NCBI GenBank assembly: GCA_965644495.1
Contig: CBFFSA010000003.1
Coordinates: 806,001-870,000 of the forward strand
Direction: 5' to 3'
Source: Perkinsela sp. CCAP 1560/9
Taxonomy: Eukaryota > Protista > Euglenozoa: Kinetoplastea
DNA length: 64,000 bases
Part shown: positions 22,110 through 33,951 of the stretch, one piece after another
How positions within the stretch are numbered: the stretch's first letter is position 1
Layout: each line of letters opens with the position of its first letter
Program-made: the position numbers and the translations under genes
The notes under the pieces: model-generated
What the model was told of the DNA's origin: nothing
The model's database searches: none
The model's input: only the letters and a program-made list of their open reading frames with translations

Positions 22110-23524
22110 CTCTGTCTCTCATTGATTTATATAAATGGCAAGACAGAATTTTCGAAAAAAAAATTATAAAAATTGTGAAATTAATTAATTTAATTCTGTT
22201 CGCACAAGGCTTTCACGACATGCTTAAAAATATTGAGGGAGGCACTATTCCCTCGATACCGTAGGTTAATTCGTCGTGCCCGATTTGTGGCATGATTTCG
22301 TGTCAGGTGAGTTTTCGAAATGAAAACCTGAAAATTCGTGGGTGAAAATAAAAGAATCTCAAATTAACTCCTCGAGCGTATTTGGGGAGTTTGGGCCCTG
22401 ATGCGCTTTGGTTTCGTTAGATACTTCTTCAACCTGTTCTGGTAATGCACCTGCAAAGGCCAAATTTTAACTGGACGTGTGTGACGCTCAAGGCCTTAGA
22501 GAAATTGATTTTCAGTCCAGACAACTTCGTACCACAGCCATCACAGCCTTCCCAATAACCCTCACCCCGCTCACCCACTCTTACCCGTCCAGCCCCCGCC
22601 CGCTCAGCCCCGCGGGACCAGCCAGCCTCCCGAGTCAATCTCTCTTACCGGGGGTCGCTTACTGGCGGGTTTCCGGTATCTTTGGAAAGCATTCTCATCG
22701 ATTTTTATAATTATAAATATTAATTTTCTTTTTCGTTGTAATTTATACAGTGGTGTTCAGCGTCTTTTACCCCCGCTACAGGTGTTGTATTTTGCTCGAT
22801 TTTGGAAAAACAAAATGTGTGGGACTGTTTTTCGACCCAATCGTTCCGAATCCGAGGTCCTTTTCACTCGTGGACACCTGTATCATTCCTAAACTGAAAA
22901 AAAAAGCTGCAAAAAACTCCGATCTTTTTTTACGGAGTACATTTTTTTAAGATCTATACATTTTTTGGTGATTCATGAGGAAGGAGCACCGCTCCCTGTG
23001 TTTACCTTACTCTCTCGTGCGCCCCGAGATGCGCACGGCACTCGTGATCGAATACAACCGACTTAAGTCCTATAAGGCAGTCGCAAAACTCCATAAATTT
23101 AACTCCGGGTCCATCATTGAAACTTTTCGTTTTTTTCTAAAGATCAACCGGAAACGCTTGAGAATATCTTCCGGGAATGTAGTAAGCGTCTACTCTTGGT
23201 CAAGAAGGCCAAAGGGTATATGACTAAATACTAGGGGTTACTTTGCACTCCTTTTCCGCGTCTTCTGACTTACTTTACTACTGTTCTTCATCCGAAACAT
23301 TCGCAAAAGTGCACCCAAAAAAGTTGTAATTAGCTTTTTTGACCCCTACCTGGCTAGGGGGGTAGGGGATCGCTCGAGTAAAAAGGACCTCGGATTCGGA
23401 ACGATTGGGTCGAAAAACGGTGGTATACCAAATGTTTCCAAAATCGGACAAAATACAAGACCTGTAGGGGGGGGTAAAAGACGCTAATCACCACTGTATT
23501 TATGAAAATCAATGAGAGAAGGAG
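22110..23524. mobile_element. TA-flanked TIR element nested in the hAT left end
   Basis: 27-bp TIRs CTC..TCTCTCATTGATTT..ATAAAT with TA on both sides. Removing it restores the sequence seen intact at 25024-25230. Confidence 0.8.
22748..23496 (+). mobile_element. Internally deleted Tc1-like element (~120-bp TIRs, TA TSD)
   Basis: TA|CAGTGGTG...CACCACTG|TA. The residual ORF 22975-23223 (VRPEMRTALVIEYNRLKSYKAVA) resembles the N-terminus of the 28562-29674 transposase. Confidence 0.9.
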
Positions 23525-23977
23525 TAGTACTTTATAGCACTATATTTTTTTCGTGCTATATATTGAAAAATTATATTTTTCGCCTAGCGTTTTCGAGAAT
23601 TGAAGAGTGACAGATAATATTTTAAATATTTTTTTCTGTGTAGTAAAGTATTCCTTAGTGATTTATTGCCTCAAACATAAATGTTTTTGGCTACAGACGG
23701 GTTATATTGCACCCACTCCTAAAAAAATATAAAAAAACCTGATCATGCATTTTTCAGACATAATTTCATCTTTTAACACAAAACTTTGTTTTATACCGTA
23801 TTTTCGAGTACAAACCTCCTTGGGACTTGACTTCTGTCACAAATACTTATGAATTGTCACAAATAATTATGAAAATCATAAAAATTGACCACGTCTTCAC
23901 CATACATCCTAATTCACACTCCTTAACTTAACAACACTCCTTAAAACCCCACTCACTTCACATATTCCTTCACAGAT

Positions 23978-24858
23978 TCATGAAACTTTGGTTCTTTTGA
24001 ACCAAAGTGTATATAGGGCAATGCATTTCTCTGCTTCTCTCGGCTTCATAGACAACCTTCCTTGCCTTCGGACTGAGCGCTTCACCGACGAGAGAGCTGA
24101 TTCTGCATGATTCGTGTGCACCCCCTCCTCTGTGACAAACCGGTATTTTCCGCTTCTGGAATGGTTCACAGTTCGATGTCGCACTGTATCGCCCAGGCCT
24201 CTATAGCACGCCATCCATCGGTGCACACTACTGTTCTTTTACTCTGCACAGTGTGTTTTTTCACTAGATTTTGCAGTGTTACAGCGTCCCTTTTCGCCAC
24301 GCGGTACCATATTGTCGAAGTGCAACCACCTCCGCGCGCTATTCCAGTGATTGTGAGCATTCAAAAGGATTGACTTCGAGTCCAAAAGGATTGACTTCGC
24401 CCCGCATTATACTTCCGCTTAAAGCAAAATGTTTCATCCACCGCACATCGAGAAAAAAAGACAGTCTCATTCTGCACCTTTGAAGACTTCCACACCCAGC
24501 GCAACAGTTCACGCTTCCACTCTGTTATTGTGTTCCTATTGACGCAAAGTTGCGAAGCAGATGCTTGGGCATCAACTTTTTGGCAGATCTTAATCCAGAA
24601 CAAGAATTTTTCTTTGGCTCGTTTTTGCTTTGAAGAAAAATACGGTGAAAGACGAGGAAGGCGCTTCCGACACTTATTGTTGCCCTTGCTTTTCCAGCAT
24701 ATGTTTAGCATAGGGTTTGTCTTTCCTGGTGTTCCACTCGCTCTATGCTCAGAGCAAACTTCTTCGTGCACAACCTTGTGCGAAATGAGAAACTTCATAA
24801 AATTTGATGGAATATGCCCATCTGCTCGTCCACTACTTCTGGACCATTGACCGCACAT
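23978..24858 (-). pseudogene. Merlin/IS1595-family transposase pseudogene
   Basis: VDETF..KRKYNAGR, CTDGWRA and VNHS...FVTEEGVHTNHAES lie across three frames; 21-bp tandem duplication at 24362-24399. Confidence 0.9.
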
Positions 24859-26391
24859 TTTCTATAGACTATTGCCACTTATCCATTTTTTTTCTTTTGT
24901 ACTTCACGCGGACTTCTAGTCGACGATCAAAGCTCAAAACGGTTTTATTCGCTTGCCTTCGGGGGATTACTTTCAATGATTTTTGACATACCGGTAAGCG
25001 AAATAGTACTGGAGGGGTTCATCCAGGGGACCGAAAAACTTCAAAAACTATGAATATAGTACTTTATAGTACTATATTTTTTTTCATGCTATATACTGAA
25101 AAACTACATTTTTCACCTAGAGTTTTCGACAATTGAAGAGTGACAGATAACATTTTAAATATTTTCATCTGTGTAATAAAATATTCCTTAGTGATTTATT
25201 GCCTCAAACATAAATGTTTTTTTGTCTATAGAGTTTCATATAGGCGTTTAACGGCTCGACCGTTCAACAGAGGTTTGTTGACTGATCGAGGGTCGTGTAG
25301 CACGAACGTTTGGGCTTGGTTCGGAGGTAAGACGAGGTGGCATCTGGGCCCAGCACTCCACGTTCCGACTAAGACAGAGAGATAAGGTATTTCAGAAACC
25401 AAAGTCCCTGTAGTTATTGTCAAGTCGCGTACCTATGTATGTCACCAGTATTTTCTCGTGACGCTACATCTGCCTTCACTATTTCATTCCCTCAAGAATA
25501 CTTCGTTGTGTTAATTCGTTTATTATTATGCCAACGCCACAAGAAGAGTTAAAACCCTTGTCCAAACTACGGCTTACCACATTATTATCAGATGCAATAC
25601 TAACTAAAGTTGGCTTCAAATCCATCGAGTTGTTTACTTCCAGTTCTAGGGCCAACGCTTCGGCGACGTCCATTCTATGATTTTCCCATATTGCGTATTC
25701 TAACTTGTTCATAATATTGGGACGTGCAATGGATATTTGCCAAGCTGCAAACCGTTTTGGTGTGCATCCGCAGCAAAGAAGATAGGTTTTTGAAAAAACT
25801 GTCTGACATAACCCTCTTGACCTTTGATCATTCCCTGCCATAGACCACCTGACGAGCGAGGTACCAGTCCGAAGGCCGAAAATGGTTGCCTATTTATTTA
25901 TAGTTTTTGAAGTACTTTTCGGACCCCTGTATTTTCTGTACTTAAAGTATGAAAATAATTTGTTTGCACAACGTATTTTATGTTACATACATGCATGTTT
26001 TAATAGTCAGTACAGTACCTTTTTTAGCGTTATTCCTTTTCAATGAGTCAATCAGCCCGCCTACATCCACGGCGAAAAGCTGAGAGTAACCCGTACCTGG
26101 GAGATCCACAAAAGTTTGTTCGAACGTCCGCCAACTAAGGGAACCGACCAAAGAGAATACCCCAGTTCATTAATTCTTATAAATATAAATTTGATATAAT
26201 TTTTATTTTATATAACAAAGAGAACTGCAAGTGGAAATTCAAACAATTAAAAAGATGTTCGGCAAAGATGTGGAAGCACTGCAAACTTCTGTTCAGGAGC
26301 TCATCAGAGCGTCACTAAAAAGAAGCTCGTTGCCAGATAATCAAAGATTATCGAAGCGAGTATTCATCCTGGAAGCGCGAAAGATAGTTTA

Positions 26392-26925
26392 GTGTGCGTT
26401 TTCTACTCCTCGAAATTACGATGTGGTCTTTCCAGTCTTCTATTTTCTGTAGGAAAGCACTCGACAAAATATTGGACTTTCCAAGTGTTGTTAATGATGG
26501 ATGGTCGCCCTTTGGCGTGGGATGGCCCATTCGAAGGGCGGATGCACGACAGTGAATGCTTCGCCAACTCAGATGTGCATGTCTTTTCCCACAAGAAAGG
26601 TGAAATAATGGCCGACAAGGCGTACAGAAACGTGCGGCATTGTTTCTGTCAAGAAATGGGAGACACCGTGGATGATCAATTCGATATGGAATTGAACGGT
26701 TCGATATTGAAGAGAGTTCAACAGTTCTTTGCACACATTGACAAACACAAGCTGTTTCACTACAATCAGCACGAAGTGGACTTCGTCAAATCAGCATTTC
26801 GAATATTGTGGAATGCTGAGCGCATCGATTGGGAACTTCACAAATCTCAGCTGTGTTCTGATTCTGTAGAGGTTTTGTCCGCTATTGCCCCGATTGTGCT
26901 GGAATGGAAGTCGTCCGGATTGTGA
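26392..26925 (+). pseudogene. PIF/Harbinger (IS5-like, DDE_Tnp_4) transposase fragment
   Basis: GKH...FQV....GR.....GP..G..HD, ADKAY and RVQQFF motifs. Confidence 0.7.
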
Positions 26926-27356
26926 CTGCACATTCCAGAAAGGCGATGCAGCAGATCAGTTGGATATAGCGGACTATCGAGAAACGTGAAAGTCTGCTTT
27001 AAGACAAAAGGGCGTTAGCCGGATAGAAAAATGTTCTGCGCATGGATCAAAGTCACAGAGGACATACTTAAAATCAACGAAGGCTCAGCTAAAGCAAAAG
27101 AATCTGGCGGCAAAGGAAGCACGAAGAAGAGAGTTGCACTCTGTGGAAAGAGAATGAGTATGAGACAGTGAAATTCATTTTTCCCGAATTTTATTTTCAT
27201 AGTTTTTTATCGATTGCATCAATTTATTAACCCCATGTTGTTGCACGTCTTAGCTATTAGTTTCATTAAATTGCGATCTTCGAATCATCATCTCTATGTC
27301 TGAATATTCCCCAGAAAATCGTGGGCCGATGAGGCAAGTACATATAGGCATACATA

Positions 27357-28297
27357 CAGGGGTGCGGGTCTAAAGGTGGGGGGGGTCTAAAATTCGTAAA
27401 AGTTGTCCAATTTTGGAAAATAATAGCGCATTGGATAGCTCTCACAGAGTTGTATGTTTTAGGACAGGTAGCTTCCGGGGTTTGGGGGGTACCCCCCTTT
27501 CATGTAAGGGTCAAAAACACATATTGCAATACTTTAGTGGTGTCAATAATTTCTGTAATTTGGATTGCAAAAGACAATTAGTAACCACAGTGCCCCCCGT
27601 TCCGACTAATAACAATTTCACAACGCTTCCTGAAACTCTTCAACGTTTTCTTAACCGTTGCAGAGTGGGTCTGTTTCAATTTAAGGAAAGACCCCTCAAT
27701 AGCGGCTTCCAGTTGCTGTCGATTTCGGGGTCGAAGAAGATTTTTGTCTGTGTCCATCACAGACCAGAAGAGCGCTCCAGCTCTCTACGCCGTAAACAAG
27801 GTCATACCCCTCGTCGACAAGCTTAAGAGCCACATCCAGGAACGCAGGAGTAACCACCGTCGAAACACGCTCTCGGGATGCCGTTAACACGTCACCCGTA
27901 AGGGTAAAACGTTCAACCCAACGTTTTACAGTGTTCTCATGAACACCAAAGTGCTGTGCCGTAGCGGAGTACGATCCTGTGCGCTCGTATTCCGCCACCA
28001 AAAGCATGCGGTGGCTCTCTTTGACGGGGGCGGGGGAAGAATACGATCTATCGCTCAGTACTCCACGGGAAGTCCTCGAGCGAGCGCGCTTTTGGGGCAT
28101 TTTCTAGTAAAAAATGTAATTTCTGCAAGGGAAAAAAGCGAAATATGGTATCAAAAAATATGTACGTTAAAATCGCAGGATTTTAATTCGCCTAAAACAC
28201 ACAACTCTGTGAGAGCTATCCAATGCGCTATTATTTTCCAAAATTCGACAACTTTTACGAATTTTAGACCCCCCCCACCTTTAGACCCGCACCCCTG
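27357..28297 (-). mobile_element. Internally deleted Tc1-like element (~107-bp TIRs, TA TSD)
   Basis: TA|CAGGGGTGCGGG...CCCGCACCCCTG|TA. It keeps the transposase N-terminus (MPQKRARSRTS) and C-terminus (GGHCGY) but lacks the DDE core. Confidence 0.93.
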
Positions 28298-28342
28298 TAT
28301 AGGCAAGTACATCATGCCTATATGAATTCATATATGAACCTA

Positions 28343-29901
28343 CATGGGTGGGCACCTTCAGAGTGGGGGGGTCTAAAATTCGTAAAACTTGTTCAATTTT
28401 GGAAAGTAATAGCGCATTCGAGAGCTCTCAAACAGTCTGGTGTAATCGTAAAAAGCACTCTGCGAAAGTTTACGGGAATCAAAGAAAGCTAGAATGGTCC
28501 CAAACACGAATTGCAACTTTATTTTTTAAGCGAAAAAGTCCTTTTTTTCCAAAAAAAAATCTCAGTACCCACAATTTCCCCCTTTTTTCTCAATAACGAT
28601 TTGAAAGCGCTTGGAGACACTCTTTATGGTCTTCACGCAAGTACTTTTGAGATCGGTTTGAAGTGCCTCGTATGCACTCTCGATAGAAGAGAGGAGATCT
28701 GCGCGATTGCGTGGTCGCATGCGATCCTTGTGCTGATCCATGATATTCCACAAGTTTTCGATGGGGTTGAGATCCGGTGACTTTGCGGGCCAGGGGAGCG
28801 TTCGCACGTTTTGCTGCTGAAAAGTACGCCTTGCCAAGTTGTGCGCAGGGCAATTGTCCATAGCAACAACTGCACGGTGCCTGTGTAGGTAGTTCAAAAG
28901 ACCATTACGCTTGGTCATGGCAGCTTCGAAAACAGCCCCGTTCACAGTAACTCTATTTCCCTGCTCATCTCTATTAGGAAAAATGTGCAGATGAAATACA
29001 TGCTTTATGTTTACCCCCATCCACACCATTATACCATCGCCCCCTACCCACGCTTCCAGCTCACCTAGCTGCTCTTTTACAGGGTCGGACCGTCGGCAAA
29101 GGTAGGTGTTTTTGGTAGACTTCTTGCAGGTAAACTTTTTCTCATCACACCAAATAATATTATCAAGCTGGTGTTCGCTCCAGCCCAACATGTCCTTACA
29201 GAATCGGACTCTAACGTCTTTATGCTGTTGGGTTAGTCGTGGTTTACGCTGAACTACGCGGAGGATAATATCGGGCTTCAAAGCTCGAGCCAAAGTGTGT
29301 CTGGAACACTGAAACCCTCTGGATAGAAGTTCGCGATGTAGAGCGCACCATGATTCCACACCATAAGGAAGATCCCGTGTACCCTCATCTACTATGCGGA
29401 GTGCTTCTCCGATAAACAGTGATGTCCTAACTGTAAAATTCGGACGTCTGGGAATGCTTTCGACATCACCAGTTTCGCTGTAACGAATGACCCATCGCTT
29501 CACAGTGCTCTCCGCTACTTCAAAGTGGCGTGCTGTAGCATTGTAGGAGCCAGAACGAAAGTAATGGTCTACGAGAAGCATGCGATGCGACGGCCTTACC
29601 TTCCCAGGTGGTGAATAAGCATCTCTCTGGAAGGGAAACCGTGATGTTCGCGATCGTACACGTTTCTGAGGCATTAACGGCGCAAAAAAACTAAAAAAAG
29701 CCAAAAAAACTGAAAAATTGCATCTTCGGGGAAAAATAAATTCCTTGTTTTTCTGTCATTTATCTCGAATGTCTAAAAACGGGAAACGGATGTTGCCATT
29801 ACACCAGACTATTTGAGAGCTCTCGAATGCGCTATTACTTTCCAGAATTGGTCAAGTTTTACGAATTTTAGACCCCCCCACTCTGAAGGCGCCCACCCCT
29901 G
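28343..29901 (-). mobile_element. Full-length Tc1/IS630-type DNA transposon
   Basis: ~100-bp TIRs CA(T/G)GGGTGGGC.CCTTCAGAGT, TA on both flanks, uninterrupted transposase ORF. Confidence 0.95.
28562..29674 (-). CDS. Tc1-like transposase, 370 aa, DD32E
   Basis: N-terminal HTH, RKPRLT, WCDEKKF, MDNCPAH and WPAKSPDLNPIE; ATG at 29674. Confidence 0.95.
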   Translation of the reverse strand: MPQKRVRSRTSRFPFQRDAYSPPGKVRPSHRMLLVDHYFRSGSYNATARHFEVAESTVKRWVIRYSETGDVESIPRRPNFTVRTSLFIGEALRIVDEGTRDLPYGVESWCALHRELLSRGFQCSRHTLARALKPDIILRVVQRKPRLTQQHKDVRVRFCKDMLGWSEHQLDNIIWCDEKKFTCKKSTKNTYLCRRSDPVKEQLGELEAWVGGDGIMVWMGVNIKHVFHLHIFPNRDEQGNRVTVNGAVFEAAMTKRNGLLNYLHRHRAVVAMDNCPAHNLARRTFQQQNVRTLPWPAKSPDLNPIENLWNIMDQHKDRMRPRNRADLLSSIESAYEALQTDLKSTCVKTIKSVSKRFQIVIEKKGGNCGY

Positions 29902-30108
29902 TATGTCTACCACTTCCGCAGGAATGTGTATTTATTTTCCTATGATCCTACCGGTCGAGCAGAAAATAGGCTAGGCATTGTCGACGTGAGTAATCAACGT
30001 GAAGATGCACAGGATCTTGAAAGAAACACCCTGAATCTGTACAGAATTGAGAAGGTACAGTTACATGTTGTTACCTACGGACAATGAGTATACATGTATT
30101 ATTGTTTT

Positions 30109-31262
30109 CTATTCGGAATCCGAATCACTGCCTTCGTCGCTGCGGAAAAAGCTTACTCCCTTGCAGAAGGAACAAACATCTTCGAAGATACGACGTACAC
30201 GTGAACCACTGTTGATGGAAGGGGAACCGTTGGCGACTTCTGCAAAGAATATTATGCGATGAACTCGTGAGATTTCATCGTTGCCAAGGCGACAGCCTCG
30301 AGCTTTCTGCTCTTTTTTAAGGAGCCCATTGGCATGTTCAACGGTATTTGTATGGATACCTGAGACAGTTACCCACTCTTTGTGGTGATTCATGGCGCCG
30401 TGACGCCATTCACACTCAAGCATTTGTTTGCGCAGGCGCTGTCTGCGTAGATTTGGCAACGGGAGTTCTTTGCCAGGTGGCGTACGTGCGGCGTCATCGT
30501 TGCAGCATCTGTGCTCTCCAGGTACTTCACGAAGATTTCTTTCATTGGATAATGAATACGACCATCTTCATCGGGTATTTCGTCTCAGTGAACCAAAGCA
30601 TGATACCAGGATCCGTCGCGTCGGACTCCTTTGCCGCGCCCACACCCCATACGCTTAATTCGCGAAACACAGGTTTCGTCTTTCTGCATGAATAAGACGG
30701 TACCTTTCGCAGCATCAAAGCGCATGTCGTGTGCGATACTCACATCAAATTCGAAGAACTGGAATAGCTTGACAATGGTAATTCTGCTGAGTGTGGTCTC
30801 GTGCGACAGATGCTGCTAAGATAGACCTTCAATCAGTCCGTACAACACCATTAGGGTGTCTTTTAGACTTCATTTACTCTGTAGATTTAAGGCTCCATCG
30901 AGCTGTAGCGTGCGCGACATTCTAGTGAATCCATGTACGGGCAGTACCAATAGGTACCTTCATGAACGCACATGATTTCTTTATCGGCATGATGTTTCTC
31001 TTTTTGGCACCATACTTGCTGGGCCACAAGCTTGTGATTTTGGAGCCAGCGTGCTCGCACCTCTTCTGTGGTACTTCCAAAGCACGAAAATGACATTGCT
31101 TTTACGCACTCAAAGTCGTCACACCCCTCGCAAAACCAGTTGACGCTACCTTCTGGCATAAAAGCGTCGTACTTTCGTAGGATTTCAACTCAGGTTCTAT
31201 ATTCCTTCACTTATGCAATAGTCCCTTACTTATGTAATAGTGCTTAACTTATGTAAAAGTCC
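30109..31262 (-). pseudogene. Merlin/IS1595-family transposase pseudogene with a reiterated terminal motif
   Basis: Zn-ribbon N-terminus, then KDET, IYADS and NHHKEWV..GIHTNTVE. ACTTATG(C/T)AA repeats at 31204-31262, with another copy at ~32216-32241. Confidence 0.85.
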
Positions 31263-31424
31263 TTATTGCGGTGGTTGTAAAACTACCGCTCTACACTCGA
31301 TTATTGAAAAAAAAGTGAACAAAAACAGTGAAAATATAAAGAGGAACACAGTAATATAATAGAAGAAAAAAATATAAAAGGGGGCTCCGGTGGTCCAAAA
31401 CTGAAAAAAAATTTTGAAAAAAAT

Positions 31425-31484
31425 GGGGGGTCCATGGGGGGGTCCAGGGGGGGGGTCCAGGGGGGGGGGTCCAGGGGGGTGGGG
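31425..31484 (+). repeat. G-tract tandem repeat (G6-10 TCCA), G-quadruplex-capable
   Basis: Five to six G-runs separated by TCCA or T. Confidence 0.85.
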
Positions 31485-32070
31485 CATGGTCGATCAAATT
31501 TTTTCGAAAAAATTAGTTTTCGAAAAAAAACCGCAGAAAGGGTAGCCGGGGTCTTGGCGCGCATTTTCCACCCCCCTACCCGGGGGTGACCCCCCCGCGT
31601 ATCCGCAGGACGGGTCCGCCAAGTTCGGATTTTTTCGGAAAAACTTTTTTGAAAAAAATTTCAATTTGGCGAAAAAAATGACAAAAAAACTATTTTTCCA
31701 AAATCGTTTCCCCTATTGTATTTTGATAGTTTGGGACGTACACTAGCTTTCTAAGCAGTTGTTTTCGCAAGGTATCACTTCTTCGAACTGTGGTGCGCCC
31801 CCCAAAATGACCCACTTTTGACTAAAAAAGGTGAAAAAGTATTTTTCGGACCTAAAGGGGCATTTTTGTGTCGAAAGAATGGTATGGTTGGAGTCGCATT
31901 CTCTACCCAATACGTTCGGTAGGCTTTCATTCATGCCTGTGAGTGATTTCCCACGCGCAAATGTCGGATTTAGTGCTCTGAGAGCAAAAATATGCGAAAA
32001 TGACCCCATTTGTACCCGAAATTCGGCTATTTTTGGCTATAATCTTTCCGTTTTCCAGGCTAAATTTTAT

Positions 32071-32177
32071 TTTTTAGGCTCTTCGTTAAACGCGGCGGTA
32101 GTTTTCAACGCGAAGCGCTCAGCATGAGTGACTTCTAAGTTGAAAGCAACCACCGCGTTTAACGAAGAGCCTAAAAA
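32071..32177. mobile_element. ~107-bp hairpin MITE (39-bp arms)
   Basis: TTTTTAGGCTCTTCGTTAAACGCGG...CCGCGTTTAACGAAGAGCCTAAAAA. Confidence 0.75.
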
Positions 32178-32313
32178 ATTATCTATTCCCATAGTCATTC
32201 TAAAGGTAAAAAGAATAGTCCTTTACTTATGCAAAGGTCCTTGAATTATTTTAAAACTCCGACCAAGCTCTAATTTTGGAGTTCAATATCAAGTTCAATA
32301 CAACTTCTGCTTA

Positions 32314-33159
32314 ATGTTTAGTGTTTACAGCGCTGACGATGGCTCTGACATGAGACGTGGTAAGGTCTCTTCTTTATTGCTTCCACAGGAAGATATGATG
32401 GAACGGTTTGTGTCACCCATTCTCGAAAGACCGAAATCGTGGAAAACTACAAAAAAAGGATGGTTCGGCAAAGTAAAGAAAGTTTCCATATGTACCTGGT
32501 TAGGAATTGTGTGCGATTCTACACAAACAATTATCGGAATATCATGGTATCAAAATTATCGCACACTTCAATTACGTGGACACCTCTCTTGGGCTAATTT
32601 ACCCAAAAGTCTGCTTCATTTAGCCGTGGTAGGACACAGAAGCCTCGAGGGTGCCATAACTGAGATACAGTTCCCCGAACAGTTAAATCATTTTAGTGCC
32701 GAGAATAATTTTTTGTCTGGGGCACTAGATCTTACGACTCTGCCTCGAACGCTCACTCAACTGATGGTCCGGAGTAATCGACTTTCCGGTGACATAAACC
32801 TAACTGCCCTTCCACCGATGCTATGCCAGCTGCTTCTTGATCGCAATTTATTTACAGGGACTATAAAATTAGACAAACTTCCGGAGACTATGAAATATTT
32901 AGGCCTCCATCGCAACTGTCTTGAAGGGGTTGTGGATTTGAAACCTTTATTGGAATCAAAAAATACAGATGTGATCGTACATGTGGATTTGCGACGCAAC
33001 CGCTTTTCTTACTATGCTCCGGATGTGGAGTTGCCGTCGTATATAAAGTATTTACCACAAAAAGCGGCTAATTCAGGGGACTACAGTTCAAGTGAGACTT
33101 CGACTTCCTTATCAAGTTGGTATAGCGACTACTCGGATATCACCACAGATGAGTCGTAA
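32314..33159 (+). CDS. Leucine-rich repeat protein
   Basis: CTWLGIVC cap and repeats LPxxLxxLxLxxNxLSGxIxL, of the LRR type expanded in Perkinsela-like kinetoplastids. Confidence 0.9.
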   Translation: MFSVYSADDGSDMRRGKVSSLLLPQEDMMERFVSPILERPKSWKTTKKGWFGKVKKVSICTWLGIVCDSTQTIIGISWYQNYRTLQLRGHLSWANLPKSLLHLAVVGHRSLEGAITEIQFPEQLNHFSAENNFLSGALDLTTLPRTLTQLMVRSNRLSGDINLTALPPMLCQLLLDRNLFTGTIKLDKLPETMKYLGLHRNCLEGVVDLKPLLESKNTDVIVHVDLRRNRFSYYAPDVELPSYIKYLPQKAANSGDYSSSETSTSLSSWYSDYSDITTDES

Positions 33160-33221
33160 AATTTATATTTCTGGTCTGAAAATATTTATTATTTTAAAAT
33201 ATTTCTGCGTCTTTGAAAAAT

Positions 33222-33599
33222 AGAATTTTGACCCCCGCTCATATTTTTGTGCACCCCCCTGTATGTTTTATATACTGTACCCCCCTGCTTATAACAGCCT
33301 CGACCCCTCCCCCCTTTATAGGTTCTTTTTTTGGAAAATCGAGGAAGATTTTTTCAATTTTCTTGCACCTGTTAAATATTTTGATATTTTCAAATGGTTC
33401 TTCGAGGTATGGCGCGGGGTCGTGCTGGACATTTTGCATTGGCAGAGCTCCGGATCCCACTTAGAGATTGAATAATTCCTGGTTCCTCGCTCCCAATTGC
33501 AGGGCGATTTCTGTGCCAACCTTTAATCTTCCATCGCCCTCCCCCCTTTATAGGTTCATTTGGGAAAAAGCGGGACTATTATAAACGGGGGGTACAGTA
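33222..33599. repeat. Left arm of a ~375-bp inverted duplication (MITE 33275-33597 plus spacer plus Tc1 TIR tip)
   Basis: Near-identical reverse complement at 35895-36274; identical ORF translations on opposite strands. Confidence 0.95.
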
Positions 33600-33617
33600 T
33601 TTAAATGCGGATTAATA

Positions 33618-33951
33618 CTATACCCCCCCTGCTTATGAGTTCCCCAATTCTGGTACGCTTATGAGTTCCTTTTTCTAAGTCGAATGTTTTGTACCCACTT
33701 TTCGCGAAGCGATTTTTTTTTGCACTGAATAAAATTCATAAAAATCCCAACAGCCGTACGTCAGGCTGCTCTACAAGCTCGCTCATTGAGCGGATAATCT
33801 TTTTAACGCCAGTATCATTGTCAAGGAGAACTCGCGGCGCTTCGCGGCGCGGGCCCAAATTTTCGCGTTTTTATGGCTCGAATTCAGGTCTGGTACGCTT
33901 ATGAGTTCCTTTTTCTCAAAACCGAGGAGCTCATAAGCAGGGGAGGTATAG
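33618..33951. mobile_element. MITE, TA TSD, TIR CTATACC.CCCCTGCTTATGAG
   Basis: Inverted ends and an internal repeat CTGGTACGCTTATGAGTTCCTTTTTCT present twice. Confidence 0.85.

Larger units (their letters stand above)
22075..25929. mobile_element. hAT-type element/composite with an 8-bp TSD (TATTTTCT), carrying nested insertions
   Basis: TIRs CAGGGGT(T/C)CGAAAA..ACTTCAAAAACTATAAATA at 22075 and, inverted, ending at 25929. TATTTTCT at 22067-22074 and 25930-25937. A second left end lies at 25024-25230. Confidence 0.85.

Noticed and set aside
33213-33519. Identical small ORFs at 33.2-33.5 kb and 36.0-36.3 kb as duplicated genes
   Set aside because: They are translations of the non-coding inverted duplication.
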